Source: Candidatus Marinacidobacterales bacterium
GTDB taxonomy: Bacteria > Acidobacteriota > Vicinamibacteria > Marinacidobacterales > SMYC01
Length of the DNA: 64,000 nt
Assembly (NCBI GenBank): GCA_965224085.1
Contig: CBDCYI010000011.1
Location: forward strand, 864,001 to 928,000
Direction of reading: 5' to 3'
In this document: in pieces, positions 10,371 through 20,230 of the stretch
Layout: every line of letters begins with the position of its first letter
Position numbering within the stretch: position 1 is the first letter of the stretch
Made by a program: the position numbers and the translations under genes
Notes under the pieces: model-generated
Databases searched by the model: none
What the model was told of the DNA's origin: nothing
The model's input: the letters and a program-made list of their open reading frames with translations, nothing else

Positions 10371-11425
10371 TCACGCTGGCGTCCGGCGCCCCGGCGGCCG
10401 AGGACAAATGGTATCGCGATGCCGCGGCCAGCTATCTCGATGCGCGTGCTTCGCTTTGGATGGAGCGCTCGCGCCCTCGTCAAGAGCTGGAGCAAGCCTG
10501 CGTGTCCTGTCACACCGGGATGCCATATCTTCTTTCACGGGCTTCGATCGACGGCTCGCTGTCGGCGCCCGCACGCGAATTTTTTGCAGATGTAGAAGCG
10601 CGGGTCACGGGCTGGAAGGATGCCCGGGTGTGGTACGAGGCTTCTCGCGGTGCGGAGAAACCGGATCAATCGCGGGGGACGGAGTCGGTGCTCAATGCTT
10701 TGGTGCTCTCGTTTCGGGACAGCCGTGCGGGTGAGGCGTTCAGCAGTGAGGCGAAGTTGGCGCTCGAGCACATGTGGGCGGAGCAGAAGGACGACGGGAA
10801 GTGGTCGTGGCTTCATTTCGAGCTCGGGCCTTGGGAGGCGGATGGTAGCGAGTTCTGGGGCGCCTCTTTGGCGGCGGTGGCGGCCATGTCGGCGCGGGAC
10901 GCGGTCACGCCTCCGGCGGGTGAGCTCTCGCGGCTTCGCGGTTATCTTCGGGGCGGGCTCTCGGGTGATTTGATGCTTCACAACCGTCTTGCGCTTCTTT
11001 GGGCGGCGAGTACTTGGGATGGTCTCTTGTCGGAGGCCGAGTTGTCGGGGCTGGTGGGCGGCGTGGTCGAGCGGCAGCGCACCGACGGTGGGTTTCGGCT
11101 CGTGGATTTGGGGCCGTGGCCTTCGTCGGACGGTTCTGTGCCTCATCAAAAGAGCGACGGCTATGCGACCGCGTTTGCGACGTTCGTCTTGCAGCAGCTC
11201 GACGACGCGCGTTTGGCGGCGCCTGTCGCGCGTGGCGTGGCTTGGCTTCAGCTGAATCAGAAAGCCGACGGTCGTTGGGAGACGCTTTCTCCGAACAAAG
11301 ATCGGAGTGAGGAAGAAGACTTCACCCGGCTTTTGGCTTCCGATATTGCGACGGCGTTTGCGGTGCTCGCGCTCACTACGGCGGAGTCCGGTGCGGATCG
11401 TTCCACGGATTCTTCCGTCCCTTAA
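10370..11425 (+). CDS. Squalene-hopene cyclase / prenyltransferase-repeat-like protein, N-terminus missing
   Basis: CVSCHTGMPY and QW-type repeats (QKDDGKW, QRTDGGF, QKADGRW); lies within ORF 10082..11425. Confidence 0.7.
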   Translation, partial: FTLASGAPAAEDKWYRDAAASYLDARASLWMERSRPRQELEQACVSCHTGMPYLLSRASIDGSLSAPAREFFADVEARVTGWKDARVWYEASRGAEKPDQSRGTESVLNALVLSFRDSRAGEAFSSEAKLALEHMWAEQKDDGKWSWLHFELGPWEADGSEFWGASLAAVAAMSARDAVTPPAGELSRLRGYLRGGLSGDLMLHNRLALLWAASTWDGLLSEAELSGLVGGVVERQRTDGGFRLVDLGPWPSSDGSVPHQKSDGYATAFATFVLQQLDDARLAAPVARGVAWLQLNQKADGRWETLSPNKDRSEEEDFTRLLASDIATAFAVLALTTAESGADRSTDSSVP

Positions 11426-11438
11426 TCACGGCGGGCTA

Positions 11439-12152
11439 TCAGCTGGAATGGAGCGCTCTCGCCAGCGCGGCGGCGAGGCATGCGCCCGCAAGAGGCCCGA
11501 GAACCGGGATCCACGCGTAGCCCCAGTCGCTGTCGCGCTTTCCGTGAATCGGCAGGAGCGCGTGCATCACTCGCGGCGCCAGATCGCGCGCCGGGTTGAT
11601 CGCATAACCCGTCGTACCGCCGAGCGATAGGCCGACGACGAGCACAACGATCGCGACGGGCAGAGCGTCCATCGCGCCGAGTCCCACGCCGGGGGCGGCC
11701 ATCATCAGCACGGCGAAGGCGAGTACGAAGGTCCCGACCGCTTCCGAGATGAAGTTGTCGAGCGCGCCACGGATCGCGGGGCAGGTACAAAATGTCGCGA
11801 GCGTCGCGTCGCTGTCTTCGGTGATCGCGTAGTGCTGCCGGTAAATGAGCCAGACGAGTGCTGCCCCGAGTGCGGCGCCGATCATTTGTGCCGTCCAGTA
11901 GAGCGGGACGTCCGTCCAGGCAAATTTTCCGGCCACGGCCAAGGCCAGAGTGACGGCGGGGTTGATATGTGCACCGCTTATGGGCGCGACGACGGCGACA
12001 GCGACGAACACGGACGCGCCCCAAGCGAGAGTGATGACGAGCCAGCCCGCGCCTTCGCCTTTCGTGCCTTTCAAGAGCACGTTGGCGACGACGCCGTTTC
12101 CGAGGAGGAGCAGGATTGCGGTTCCCACGATCTCAGCAGTGAACGTCGACAT
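11439..12152 (-). CDS. glpF: Glycerol uptake facilitator (MIP family)
   Basis: SGAHINPAVT and GYAINPARD NPA motifs; adjacent to glpD. Confidence 0.92.
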   Translation of the reverse strand: MSTFTAEIVGTAILLLLGNGVVANVLLKGTKGEGAGWLVITLAWGASVFVAVAVVAPISGAHINPAVTLALAVAGKFAWTDVPLYWTAQMIGAALGAALVWLIYRQHYAITEDSDATLATFCTCPAIRGALDNFISEAVGTFVLAFAVLMMAAPGVGLGAMDALPVAIVVLVVGLSLGGTTGYAINPARDLAPRVMHALLPIHGKRDSDWGYAWIPVLGPLAGACLAAALARALHSS

Positions 12153-12162
12153 GCAGGTCCTT

Positions 12163-13722
12163 TCAGCGGGGTAGGTAGCTTTTGGCGAGCTTCTCGAATG
12201 CGTGGACTTGGGCCTTCGCCCAGGCGTCGTCGCGGCCGAGCTCCTCGGCCATGAGTGCCGCCACACGTGCGGCCATCGCGATCGCGATTCTCGCATCGAG
12301 AAGGAGGCTGCGCGTTCGTCGGGAGAGAAAATCTTCCACGGTGCGGGCCATCTCTTCGCGAACGCAGAAGACGACCTCGCCCGCTTTGACGTTCGCCTCC
12401 GGGTGCAAGAGCTCGCCGTAGCGTGCGTCGCCGCGGATCAAATCGCGCACCAGCGGGGCGTCGGCGCCATAGCGTTCGAGCTCGCCGAACTTTGCGGCAT
12501 CTTGATGGTAGCCGTGTAGTCGCAACGTTTTGCTCACCGAAGGCTTTTCTTCGAGCGCAGCCATCGTCGCGGCTTGGTCGATCGTGTCCGCGGCCATTTT
12601 TCGATAGGTCGTCCATTTGCCGCCCGCGATTGTCACGAGGCCGGAGCGCGAGATGTGTAGCGTGTGGTCTCTCGAGATCTCCGCGGTGTTGCCGTCGGGG
12701 CTCGCGCCCACGAGCGGGCGGATGCCCGCGAACATACTGAGGATGTCGTCGCGCGTCGGGTCTTTCGTGAGATAGCGCGCGGTGTGTTTCAGCAGGAACT
12801 CGATCTCCTCCTTGAGCGGGCACGGTTCGTAGGAGACTTTGTCGAGCGCTGTGTCGGTGGTCCCGACGACGACGCGCTCGTGCCACGGGATCGCGAAGAG
12901 CACGCGACCATCATCCGTGTGCGGCACCATGATGGCGCTGTCGCCGGGGAGAAAGGCGCGCTCGAGAACGATGTGCACGCCTTGGCTCGGGCGGATGATG
13001 GCCGGCGTTTCGGGCTCGTCGAGCTTTCGCACGGCGTCGGTGAAGGGGCCGGTCGCGTTGACGACGACGCGGCCTTTCAGCTCGTTCTCTGAACCCGTCT
13101 CTTCGTCTCTCGTCACTACGCCGGTAATGACGTCGCCCGTCTTCGTGAGTGCTACGGCGGAAACGTAGTTCAACACGGTCGCGCCGAGCGACGCGGCGGT
13201 TGCGGCGAGATGGATGGCGAGGCGGGCGTCGTCGAACTGTCCGTCATAGTAGATCACGCCGCCCCGGAGCCCCTTGGTTTCGATCGTGGGGAGCCGCTCG
13301 AGGGTCTCGCTTTTCGAAAGGTTGCGCGACGCGCCGAAGCCGAGCTTGCCTGCGAGGAGGTCGTAGACACGGAGGCCGACGCCGTAAAACGGCGCTTCCC
13401 ACCAGTCGTAGTTGGGCACGACGAACGGGAGATCGTGTACGAGGTGGGGCGCATTCGCGAGCAGACGGCCGCGCTCCTTGAGCGCTTCGAGAACGAGCGA
13501 GACGTTGCCTTGCTGCAGGTAGCGCACGCCGCCATGGACGAGCTTTGTGCTGCGGCTCGAAGTGCCGCGGGCGAAGTCGCCCGCTTCGAGCAAGAGCGTG
13601 CGGTAGCCTCTCGATGCCGATTCGACCGCACAGCCGAGGCCGGTGGCGCCTCCGCCAATAATAATGATGTCCCAATCTTGGCGGGAGGTCTCGAGCCTCT
13701 CAAACATGTTTGCGCGGTCCAG
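12163..13722 (-). CDS. glpD: FAD-dependent glycerol-3-phosphate dehydrogenase (start approximate)
   Basis: IIGGGATG, GTSSRSTKLVHGGVRYL, GGKWTTYRKMA. Confidence 0.93.
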   Translation of the reverse strand: MDRANMFERLETSRQDWDIIIIGGGATGLGCAVESASRGYRTLLLEAGDFARGTSSRSTKLVHGGVRYLQQGNVSLVLEALKERGRLLANAPHLVHDLPFVVPNYDWWEAPFYGVGLRVYDLLAGKLGFGASRNLSKSETLERLPTIETKGLRGGVIYYDGQFDDARLAIHLAATAASLGATVLNYVSAVALTKTGDVITGVVTRDEETGSENELKGRVVVNATGPFTDAVRKLDEPETPAIIRPSQGVHIVLERAFLPGDSAIMVPHTDDGRVLFAIPWHERVVVGTTDTALDKVSYEPCPLKEEIEFLLKHTARYLTKDPTRDDILSMFAGIRPLVGASPDGNTAEISRDHTLHISRSGLVTIAGGKWTTYRKMAADTIDQAATMAALEEKPSVSKTLRLHGYHQDAAKFGELERYGADAPLVRDLIRGDARYGELLHPEANVKAGEVVFCVREEMARTVEDFLSRRTRSLLLDARIAIAMAARVAALMAEELGRDDAWAKAQVHAFEKLAKSYLPR

Positions 13723-13774
13723 CTTTCGCCCTCCTGGTCTCTTCGAGACGGGCGATAGGATAACATCTCGCGTA

Positions 13775-14476
<702 letters not shown>

Positions 14477-14510
14477 TGACAAGGCCTGCCCATTAGAATA
14501 CCCTTCCCAC

Positions 14511-14652
14511 CGTCACACGAACGCGTGCGGCTCAACTATCGGGTCACTCGCTGAATACAATACCCTCCCCATAGGGAAATAGGCGAGATCCTGCATGCTA
14601 CCGCATGCGTTTCGTGTGACGACTGGCCCGGTGACCAATTCACCGGGCCAGT
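14511..14652. other. Long stem-loop plus adjacent 13-bp perfect hairpin (putative structured RNA or leader)
   Basis: CGTCACACGAACGCGTGCGG (14511-14530) pairs with CCGCATGCGTTTCGTGTGACG (14601-14621); ACTGGCCCGGTGA/TCACCGGGCCAGT at 14622-14652. Confidence 0.6.
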
Positions 14653-14676
14653 AATCCACGAAAGGACGCTTCGAGA

Positions 14677-15145
14677 ATGCTCATGCGGAGATCAGCATTG
14701 TTTCTACTTATAGGTGTATTGGCTGGCTGTGGCGATGAGGGCGATAGTACACCAACGTCCCCAGCGCCGGCACCAACCACAACTCGTCAACCAACGCCAA
14801 GGCCAGCGCCAGCACCCAGACGCCCAGCCGATATCAGCTTGGCCGGTGAATACGAATGCACTACTAAATTCTGCGACTCTGCCGTGTTCAGTCTTTCGTT
14901 GACGAACACGGGGGGCGTGGGAGCCAATTTGAACTTCATCCGAGGCGAGAATCGAAACTTCGAGCCAATATGGGAGTATGGCGCGGATCATTTTGTCAAT
15001 GCGTTCGGTAACAACAGGCTGGAGGCTTGGCAGCACTAAAAGCTTCACATTCAGCGCACAGCTGGGCTTCTACATCGCTATCGGATATACAGACGACCTC
15101 AGAAACAGAGGGATTGTGAGGTTCTACACCAATCCGCCGAGGTAG
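14677..15145 (+). CDS. Passenger lipoprotein with Pro/Thr-rich linker (1-nt frameshift near 15027)
   Basis: Lipobox VLAGC; supplied ORF 14677..15039 continues as ...AGSTKSFTFSAQ...PPR* to 15145 if one T is removed. Confidence 0.65.
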
Positions 15146-15170
15146 TGATAGAGTAGAGCCTGAAAAGCAG

Positions 15171-15200
15171 AAGCCCCGGGGAATTACCCCCGGGGCTTTT
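15171..15200 (+). terminator. Intrinsic terminator-like hairpin
   Basis: AAGCCCCGGGG-AATTAC-CCCCGGGGCTT followed by TT. Confidence 0.6.
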
Positions 15201-15242
15201 AAATCATCACCGCGTGACAGCGCGGAGACAGGGAGAACTTCT

Positions 15243-15596
15243 GTGCTGGATTATAATGCAGACGGTCTATCGGATCAAGACATTGAAAGGCTTGCGGCTC
15301 TGATGGCAAAAGACCCTAAGTTCGCGCATGAACTGGCAGACGCAATCGCGACGAGGCTCGACGAGAAGTACGGGTTCAGGCAAGGAGAGATAATCGACGA
15401 CATCGAAAAAGTGTCGGGTAAAATCGACGGGCTGTCGTCAAAGCTCGACGCGATGGGTCACCGGTTCAGCACCCTTGAGCACAATTTTGGAGTATTCGGT
15501 CAGAAGCTAGACCTCATTGGCCGTAGGACCGAGAAGATGGATAAGCGGCTCGAACGCGTAGAGGACCGGGTCGGTAACATCAAGGTGAAGCTATGA
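15243..15596 (+). CDS. Passenger hypothetical protein with heptad coiled-coil C-terminus
   Basis: GGGAG SD and GTG start; heptad pattern KIDGLSSKLDAM...KMDKRLERVEDRV. Confidence 0.6.
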   Translation: MLDYNADGLSDQDIERLAALMAKDPKFAHELADAIATRLDEKYGFRQGEIIDDIEKVSGKIDGLSSKLDAMGHRFSTLEHNFGVFGQKLDLIGRRTEKMDKRLERVEDRVGNIKVKL

Positions 15597-15678
15597 GACC
15601 ACCGATGATCATCCCCGAGCGCGACCTGGCCGGCGCCACGCCGGAGAGATTGGCCCGCGCGTTGCTGAGTCCCTTACG

Positions 15679-17047
15679 GGATCTGTCCCGGGTTCCGTGG
15701 AAATAAGAATGGCGTAACCTCCGGTTAACCAAAATCAAAACCGCGCCTGAAAAGGCGAGGAGGAGGATTACGCCATGAAGAAGCCTACCACCATATCCAA
15801 GGAGTCTGTAAGCGAGTACCGGGAGTTCGTCCAGCTTCGGTTGCGCAAGCGGGTACTGGAGGCGATCGAGGTTGTGCTCGAGGAGGAAGTGGACCAAGCG
15901 CTGGGTTGTGTTAGCTACGAGCGTTCGGAAGGACGCCGTGGTTATCGCAACGGCGCCGAGACCCGCCGCGTGACGACATCGGTGGGAACACGCGAGCTGC
16001 GAGTGCCACGAGCCCGTGTGCGAGACGAGGAAACGGGAGAGACGACGGAGTTCAAAAGCGAGCTGTTGCCCCGGTACGCGCGCCGTACTCGTGAGGTCGA
16101 CGAGGTGATCTTGGGGACGTACTTGTCGGGCGCGAACAGCCGTCGGATCCGCAGGGCGCTGAAACCGCTGCTTGGTGAAGAGCACTTATCGAAAAGCGCG
16201 GTGTCTCGCGTAGTTAGCCGACTAAAAGAGCGCTTCGAAGAATGGCAGAGCCGTGACCTTAGCGATGAAGTCTACGCGATCGTTTACCTGGACGGCTTCC
16301 ACCTGAAGGTGCGGATGGCGAAGCGTGTGATCAGCGTGCCTGTGCTGGCAGCGCTCGGGGTCGCGCCAGACGGCCAGAAACGGCTGTTGTCGTTGCGTCT
16401 GGCAGTGAGCGAATCCTCGACGCATTGGGGCTCCGCGCTGGAAGGACTCCAGGCCCGAGGACTACGGGCTCCCAAGCTGGTGATCAGCGACGGCCACAAG
16501 GGGCTGACGAAGGCGCTCGAGAAGTGGCCGGAGTGCCGGTTGCAGCGATGTACCGAGCACAAGCGCGCCAACTTGCTCGAACATTGTCCGGCGCACGCAC
16601 GCCGTGAGCTCCGGCGTGACTACAACCGGATCGTCTACAGCAAAAACGGTATCGATGCTCGCAAAGCCTATGACAAGCTCGTCGCCAAGTGGACGCCTCT
16701 CGCGCCGGCCGTCGTCCGAAGCCTAGAGGAGGCCGGCAATCAGCTGCTGACCTTCTACGAATTCCCTCGTGCCATGTGGAAATCGATTCGCACGACCAAT
16801 GCTCTGGAGAATCTCAACCGCGAGTTTCGACGCCGGACGAAAACCCAAGCGTCGTTCTCCAGCGAGGAGTCCGCGGTCGCTTTGCTGTTTGGGCTTATCG
16901 CCTCTGGCCAGATTCAACTGCGACGCATCGACGGCTACCAACGTCTGAGCGAGGTTCTCGAACACGCGGAGGTTGCCGCTTGATCTGATACCCTGATGAC
17001 GGAGTCGAGGTGCGCTGTTCTTTTTCCACGGACCTCGGGACACATCC
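15679..17047 (+). mobile_element. IS256-family insertion sequence, complete
   Basis: IRs GGATCTGTCCCGGGTTCCGTGGAAATAAGAA and (reverse complement) GGATGTGTCCCGAGGTCCGTGGAAAAAGAA; perfect 8-bp TSD CCCTTACG (15671-15678, 17048-17055). Confidence 0.93.
15775..16983 (+). CDS. IS256-family (Mutator-like) DDE transposase
   Basis: GYRNG, VYLDG, ISDGHKGL, QRCTEH, IRTTNALENLNREFRRR. Confidence 0.95.
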   Translation: MKKPTTISKESVSEYREFVQLRLRKRVLEAIEVVLEEEVDQALGCVSYERSEGRRGYRNGAETRRVTTSVGTRELRVPRARVRDEETGETTEFKSELLPRYARRTREVDEVILGTYLSGANSRRIRRALKPLLGEEHLSKSAVSRVVSRLKERFEEWQSRDLSDEVYAIVYLDGFHLKVRMAKRVISVPVLAALGVAPDGQKRLLSLRLAVSESSTHWGSALEGLQARGLRAPKLVISDGHKGLTKALEKWPECRLQRCTEHKRANLLEHCPAHARRELRRDYNRIVYSKNGIDARKAYDKLVAKWTPLAPAVVRSLEEAGNQLLTFYEFPRAMWKSIRTTNALENLNREFRRRTKTQASFSSEESAVALLFGLIASGQIQLRRIDGYQRLSEVLEHAEVAA

Positions 17048-17050
17048 CCC

Positions 17051-18052
17051 TTACGACCTCGCCATCGAACTGAGCCCGTTCTTGGCGACGAGGTCACGGT
17101 AGAGAAGTCGGTGTCCGACAAGCCGAGCGACGGTGTCGAGCATTTGGTCGAGAGTTCCTAGGTCGCGGATGTTGTGCTTCTCAGCGAACTCATTAACGTA
17201 GCGTTGTAAGTGCTTGGGGCTCATCTTGTGGAACGCCCCCTTGTGCGCCCGCTTGAGCATCGACCAGAAGCTCTCAATCCCGTTGGTGTGCACCATTCCG
17301 TTGACGTACTCTTTGACGCTGTGCTTCACCGTCTCGTGATTGGGTAGACCGACATAGCCTCTGTGGTCGTCGGTGTAGAGCTTCGCGCTAGGATCGACAT
17401 TCTTCGCGACGAAGCCTTGGAGCGTCGGTTGGTCGGTGTTGCCGATGACCTCGGCGCTGACACGGTTCGTCCGGCGGTCCTTCGCGCCGATGACGGCCGT
17501 CTTCCCTGCGGATCCTCGGCCCTTAATAGCCTGCTCGCGCTTGTGGGCGTGCTGCATGTTGCGAGCCTTCCCGCCGAAGAAGGTTTCGTCTACCTCGACA
17601 GGCCCGGCGAACGATTTGCCGTTAGGACCGCTCCACGCTTCTCGAATCCGATGGAGCATGAACCAAGCCGCGGCCTGTGAGACGCCGATGTCTCGGTGGA
17701 GCTTCATGCTCGAGACGCCTTTGAGACTAGTCAAGCAGAGGTAGATGGCGATAACCCATTTGCGGAGCGCGATCTTAGAATGGGCAATAGGGGTGCCCGT
17801 GCGAACGCTGAAGTAGCTCCGGCAGGTGGAGCACCAGTAGGGCATCGGCTTTTCGTTCGGGACTTCGCTGGTGCTGAGGCTACCGCAATGTCCGCAGCAC
17901 CGAGTGCCATGCCAGATTGCAGCCTCGAACCATTTGGTTGCCGCTTCATCGGTCGGGAACATGTCCATGAGCTGAACAACGGTTATGCCTTCCCGGTGCC
18001 CTCGCCCTGGGGAGTTGTATCGCGTCATCATGATCGTAGAATACACGATCAC
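17051..18052 (-). CDS. IS1595-family (ISXO2-like) transposase
   Basis: Zn ribbon CGHCG...YWCSTCR; GPVEVDETFFGG, LYTDD, HTNGIESFWS, HLQRYVNEF. Confidence 0.95.
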   Translation of the reverse strand: MIVYSTIMMTRYNSPGRGHREGITVVQLMDMFPTDEAATKWFEAAIWHGTRCCGHCGSLSTSEVPNEKPMPYWCSTCRSYFSVRTGTPIAHSKIALRKWVIAIYLCLTSLKGVSSMKLHRDIGVSQAAAWFMLHRIREAWSGPNGKSFAGPVEVDETFFGGKARNMQHAHKREQAIKGRGSAGKTAVIGAKDRRTNRVSAEVIGNTDQPTLQGFVAKNVDPSAKLYTDDHRGYVGLPNHETVKHSVKEYVNGMVHTNGIESFWSMLKRAHKGAFHKMSPKHLQRYVNEFAEKHNIRDLGTLDQMLDTVARLVGHRLLYRDLVAKNGLSSMARS

Positions 18053-18286
18053 GGGCGCCTTGTCAAGCGTTTCTTATAATTACCCAATCTATTATCGTGC
18101 CGCCTTGATTCAGTAAATCGCGCTGCCCGACAGATCTAATCTAGTTTCGGACGAGGCTGTGATGACAACAGTGTTCACGGCCGCTCGAACAAAGTCATCT
18201 TCGACCGGCGACAACTAGAGTGCCTGGGTTTTCGACACTCGGAAAATGTTCCAAACTACTGAAATGAAAAAAAGTTGGGCTGCGCT

Positions 18287-18862
18287 TTACTTCTCTCGTT
18301 CCAACACGGCGGTGAGCCCGCTGGCTTGCGCGATATCGACGAACTTGAATCCCTCTTCCTCAATCGGCACCAGCTCGCTCTCCATCGTGCCGGTCTTGTT
18401 CGTCCCGAGCACCCTATAGTCGCATCGTCTCGTCGACTCTTTTGAGCGCACCATGAAAACGACGATCTCGGGGGGACCGAAAACTCTGTCTCTCGACAGC
18501 ATCGTTCCAGGGATCATGCAGTAACCCGCCTCCGCAGCTTCGTTCATCTCTTTCTGAACCGTGTCGACCTTCGTCGTCCCGAGCACGCGATAGCCGAATT
18601 CCTCTCCCTTCGGAGCGTTCCGTCTCAATAAAACAACTTGGCCACCCCCGCGCGATGTTGTAGCCAGAATTCGGAATCCTTCGACGATCGCTTCGTCCAT
18701 CTCTTTTTGCAACGTCTCCGTCTTCGAAGTGGACAGTAGCAGGTAAAGTTGACCCGGCTTGATCTCGGCCATCGCTGCGGTATCGAGGAGGAAAACGGCA
18801 ACCAAGGTTGAAAAGAACCGGAGGCAGCATCGTCTGAATCGGTTCGTGCCGACGAGGTTCAT
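18287..18862 (-). CDS. Secreted hypothetical protein with three internal ~50-aa repeats
   Basis: Signal peptide; YLLLSTSKTETLQKEM / YRVLGTTKVDTVQKEM / YRVLGTNKTGTMESEL. Confidence 0.7.
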   Translation of the reverse strand: MNLVGTNRFRRCCLRFFSTLVAVFLLDTAAMAEIKPGQLYLLLSTSKTETLQKEMDEAIVEGFRILATTSRGGGQVVLLRRNAPKGEEFGYRVLGTTKVDTVQKEMNEAAEAGYCMIPGTMLSRDRVFGPPEIVVFMVRSKESTRRCDYRVLGTNKTGTMESELVPIEEEGFKFVDIAQASGLTAVLEREK

Positions 18863-19049
18863 AATCGATCTCCCATATTGATCTGAAATTGGACGATTCG
18901 GAGGTGTGTACCGCGTTGGAAGGCCGCAGTCTATATCGATTATACGAAAGGATCACACACTGTATCTCCGTAAATCACCCGTCACGGCTACGCGGCTACA
19001 GGGTGACCATCCATCCGCCGAGTCTTCGATGAGCTACGGAAACAGCTGA

Positions 19050-19316
19050 CTAGCGCTTTTCGCGGAGCTTGTGGCTGTGGTTCGCGTCGAGGTCTAGGCT
19101 ATAGACCTTCTTCAAGTCATTGATGCGTTTGAGGCTGTCGCTTTCGAAGGCGCATTTGCCATCGAAGGCGTGGAGGACGATACCTTCCAACAGGTCGCCG
19201 AGGCTCATGTCGTGGTATTCGGCGAGACCTTTCAGTACTTTGAGCAGACGCCTCTCGATGCGGACGCCTGTCTGGACCCGCTCCACGATGGGGTCGGGCT
19301 GGCGGGGCTTGGCCAT
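19050..19316 (-). CDS. Small hypothetical protein, ribbon-helix-helix-like
   Basis: GAGG SD; RVQTGVRIERRLLKVLKGLAEYHDMSLGDLLEGIV beta-alpha-alpha pattern. Confidence 0.7.
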   Translation of the reverse strand: MAKPRQPDPIVERVQTGVRIERRLLKVLKGLAEYHDMSLGDLLEGIVLHAFDGKCAFESDSLKRINDLKKVYSLDLDANHSHKLREKR

Positions 19317-19376
19317 AGGTACCAGTGTACCTCACGACCGCGGCTACGTCCTTGGGGGAAGGATGCTTGACTCGCG

Positions 19377-19532
19377 TCAGTTTCTGGAGATATCCAGCTT
19401 CGGTAGTTCTTTGGTGAAGGGCTCGAGCTCTTCGTCGTACGGAACCCCGTCGGCCTGAGCTTCGTGGTACAGGCCTTCGGAATCTTTTAGCGACTCGGGT
19501 TCGACTACCTTCATATCCCTGTTGCTATGCAT
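19377..19532 (-). CDS. Putative 51-aa acidic small protein
   Basis: AAGGAAG SD before ATG 19532 and an upstream sigma54-like promoter. Confidence 0.45.
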   Translation of the reverse strand: MHSNRDMKVVEPESLKDSEGLYHEAQADGVPYDEELEPFTKELPKLDISRN

Positions 19533-19598
19533 CGTTCGCTTCCTTGTGCGACTCTTGGTGTAGTGAGCGGAACTACGTTCTGCCCACGGGAGATTCGT

Positions 19599-19616
19599 AT
19601 GCAAAACACGAGCCAA
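19599..19616 (-). promoter_or_regulatory. Putative sigma54 -24/-12 promoter
   Basis: Minus strand TTGGCTCGTGTTTTGCAT (GG-N10-GC). Confidence 0.5.
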
Positions 19617-19763
19617 CGCAAGCGGATTCCACGCATTTAGGAACGGCGCGTTTGGCGCCGGTTTACGGGCGTTCAGTAGAGTGTGTGCCTGCACGGGCGG
19701 TGAAAAAGCTGCACACCATGTAAAAAAGTATGGCACAAGACCCAAAATTTGGATCCTCGTCGA

Positions 19764-20126
19764 TTATTTTGGATTGTCGAGCCAGGCGAAGACCTCGAGC
19801 GTATACCCCTCGGGGTCTTTGAAGCCGAACGCCTTCACATGGCCATCGGCGCCGATGCGAGGGCCCTCGCCCACGTCGATCCCCTTGTTTTTGAGGTAAT
19901 CCCACCACGCGTCGACGTCTTTCTCCTCGACGGCAATGCTCACCATCACCGGTTTGTCGCCGGAAGGTTTGTGTGCGCCGCCCGACGCGTTGACGAGACC
20001 CACGGACGAGGTCGGTGAGAGCTTGTAAATCTTGACCCAGTCGAGGTCGAAGGCGAGTAGCGCGGCGATCCGGCGCTTCGTCTTCGAGCCCGTGGACAAA
20101 GCACCCTCGGGCTCGATCTGGATCAT
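19764..20126 (-). CDS. VOC/glyoxalase-family protein, probably N-terminally eroded
   Basis: VDAWWDYLKNKG...FGFKDPEGYTLEVF. Confidence 0.7.
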   Translation of the reverse strand: MIQIEPEGALSTGSKTKRRIAALLAFDLDWVKIYKLSPTSSVGLVNASGGAHKPSGDKPVMVSIAVEEKDVDAWWDYLKNKGIDVGEGPRIGADGHVKAFGFKDPEGYTLEVFAWLDNPK

Positions 20127-20230
20127 CGAGAGCGGGATCCCGCTTGCGGAAGCCTATACGATCTGAAGAAAATGGCTCAGGGGTCTAGAAATGCTGCAGG
20201 TTCTTTATACCGCTCGTCGCGGTGTGCGCG

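Larger units (their letters stand above)
15593..17161 (+). pseudogene. 63-aa ORF split by the IS256 insertion
   Basis: ATGA overlap with the previous ORF; removing IS256 and one TSD copy gives MRPPMIIPERDLAGATPERLARALLSPLRPRH...HLVESS*, antisense to the IS1595 transposase 3' end. Confidence 0.5.
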
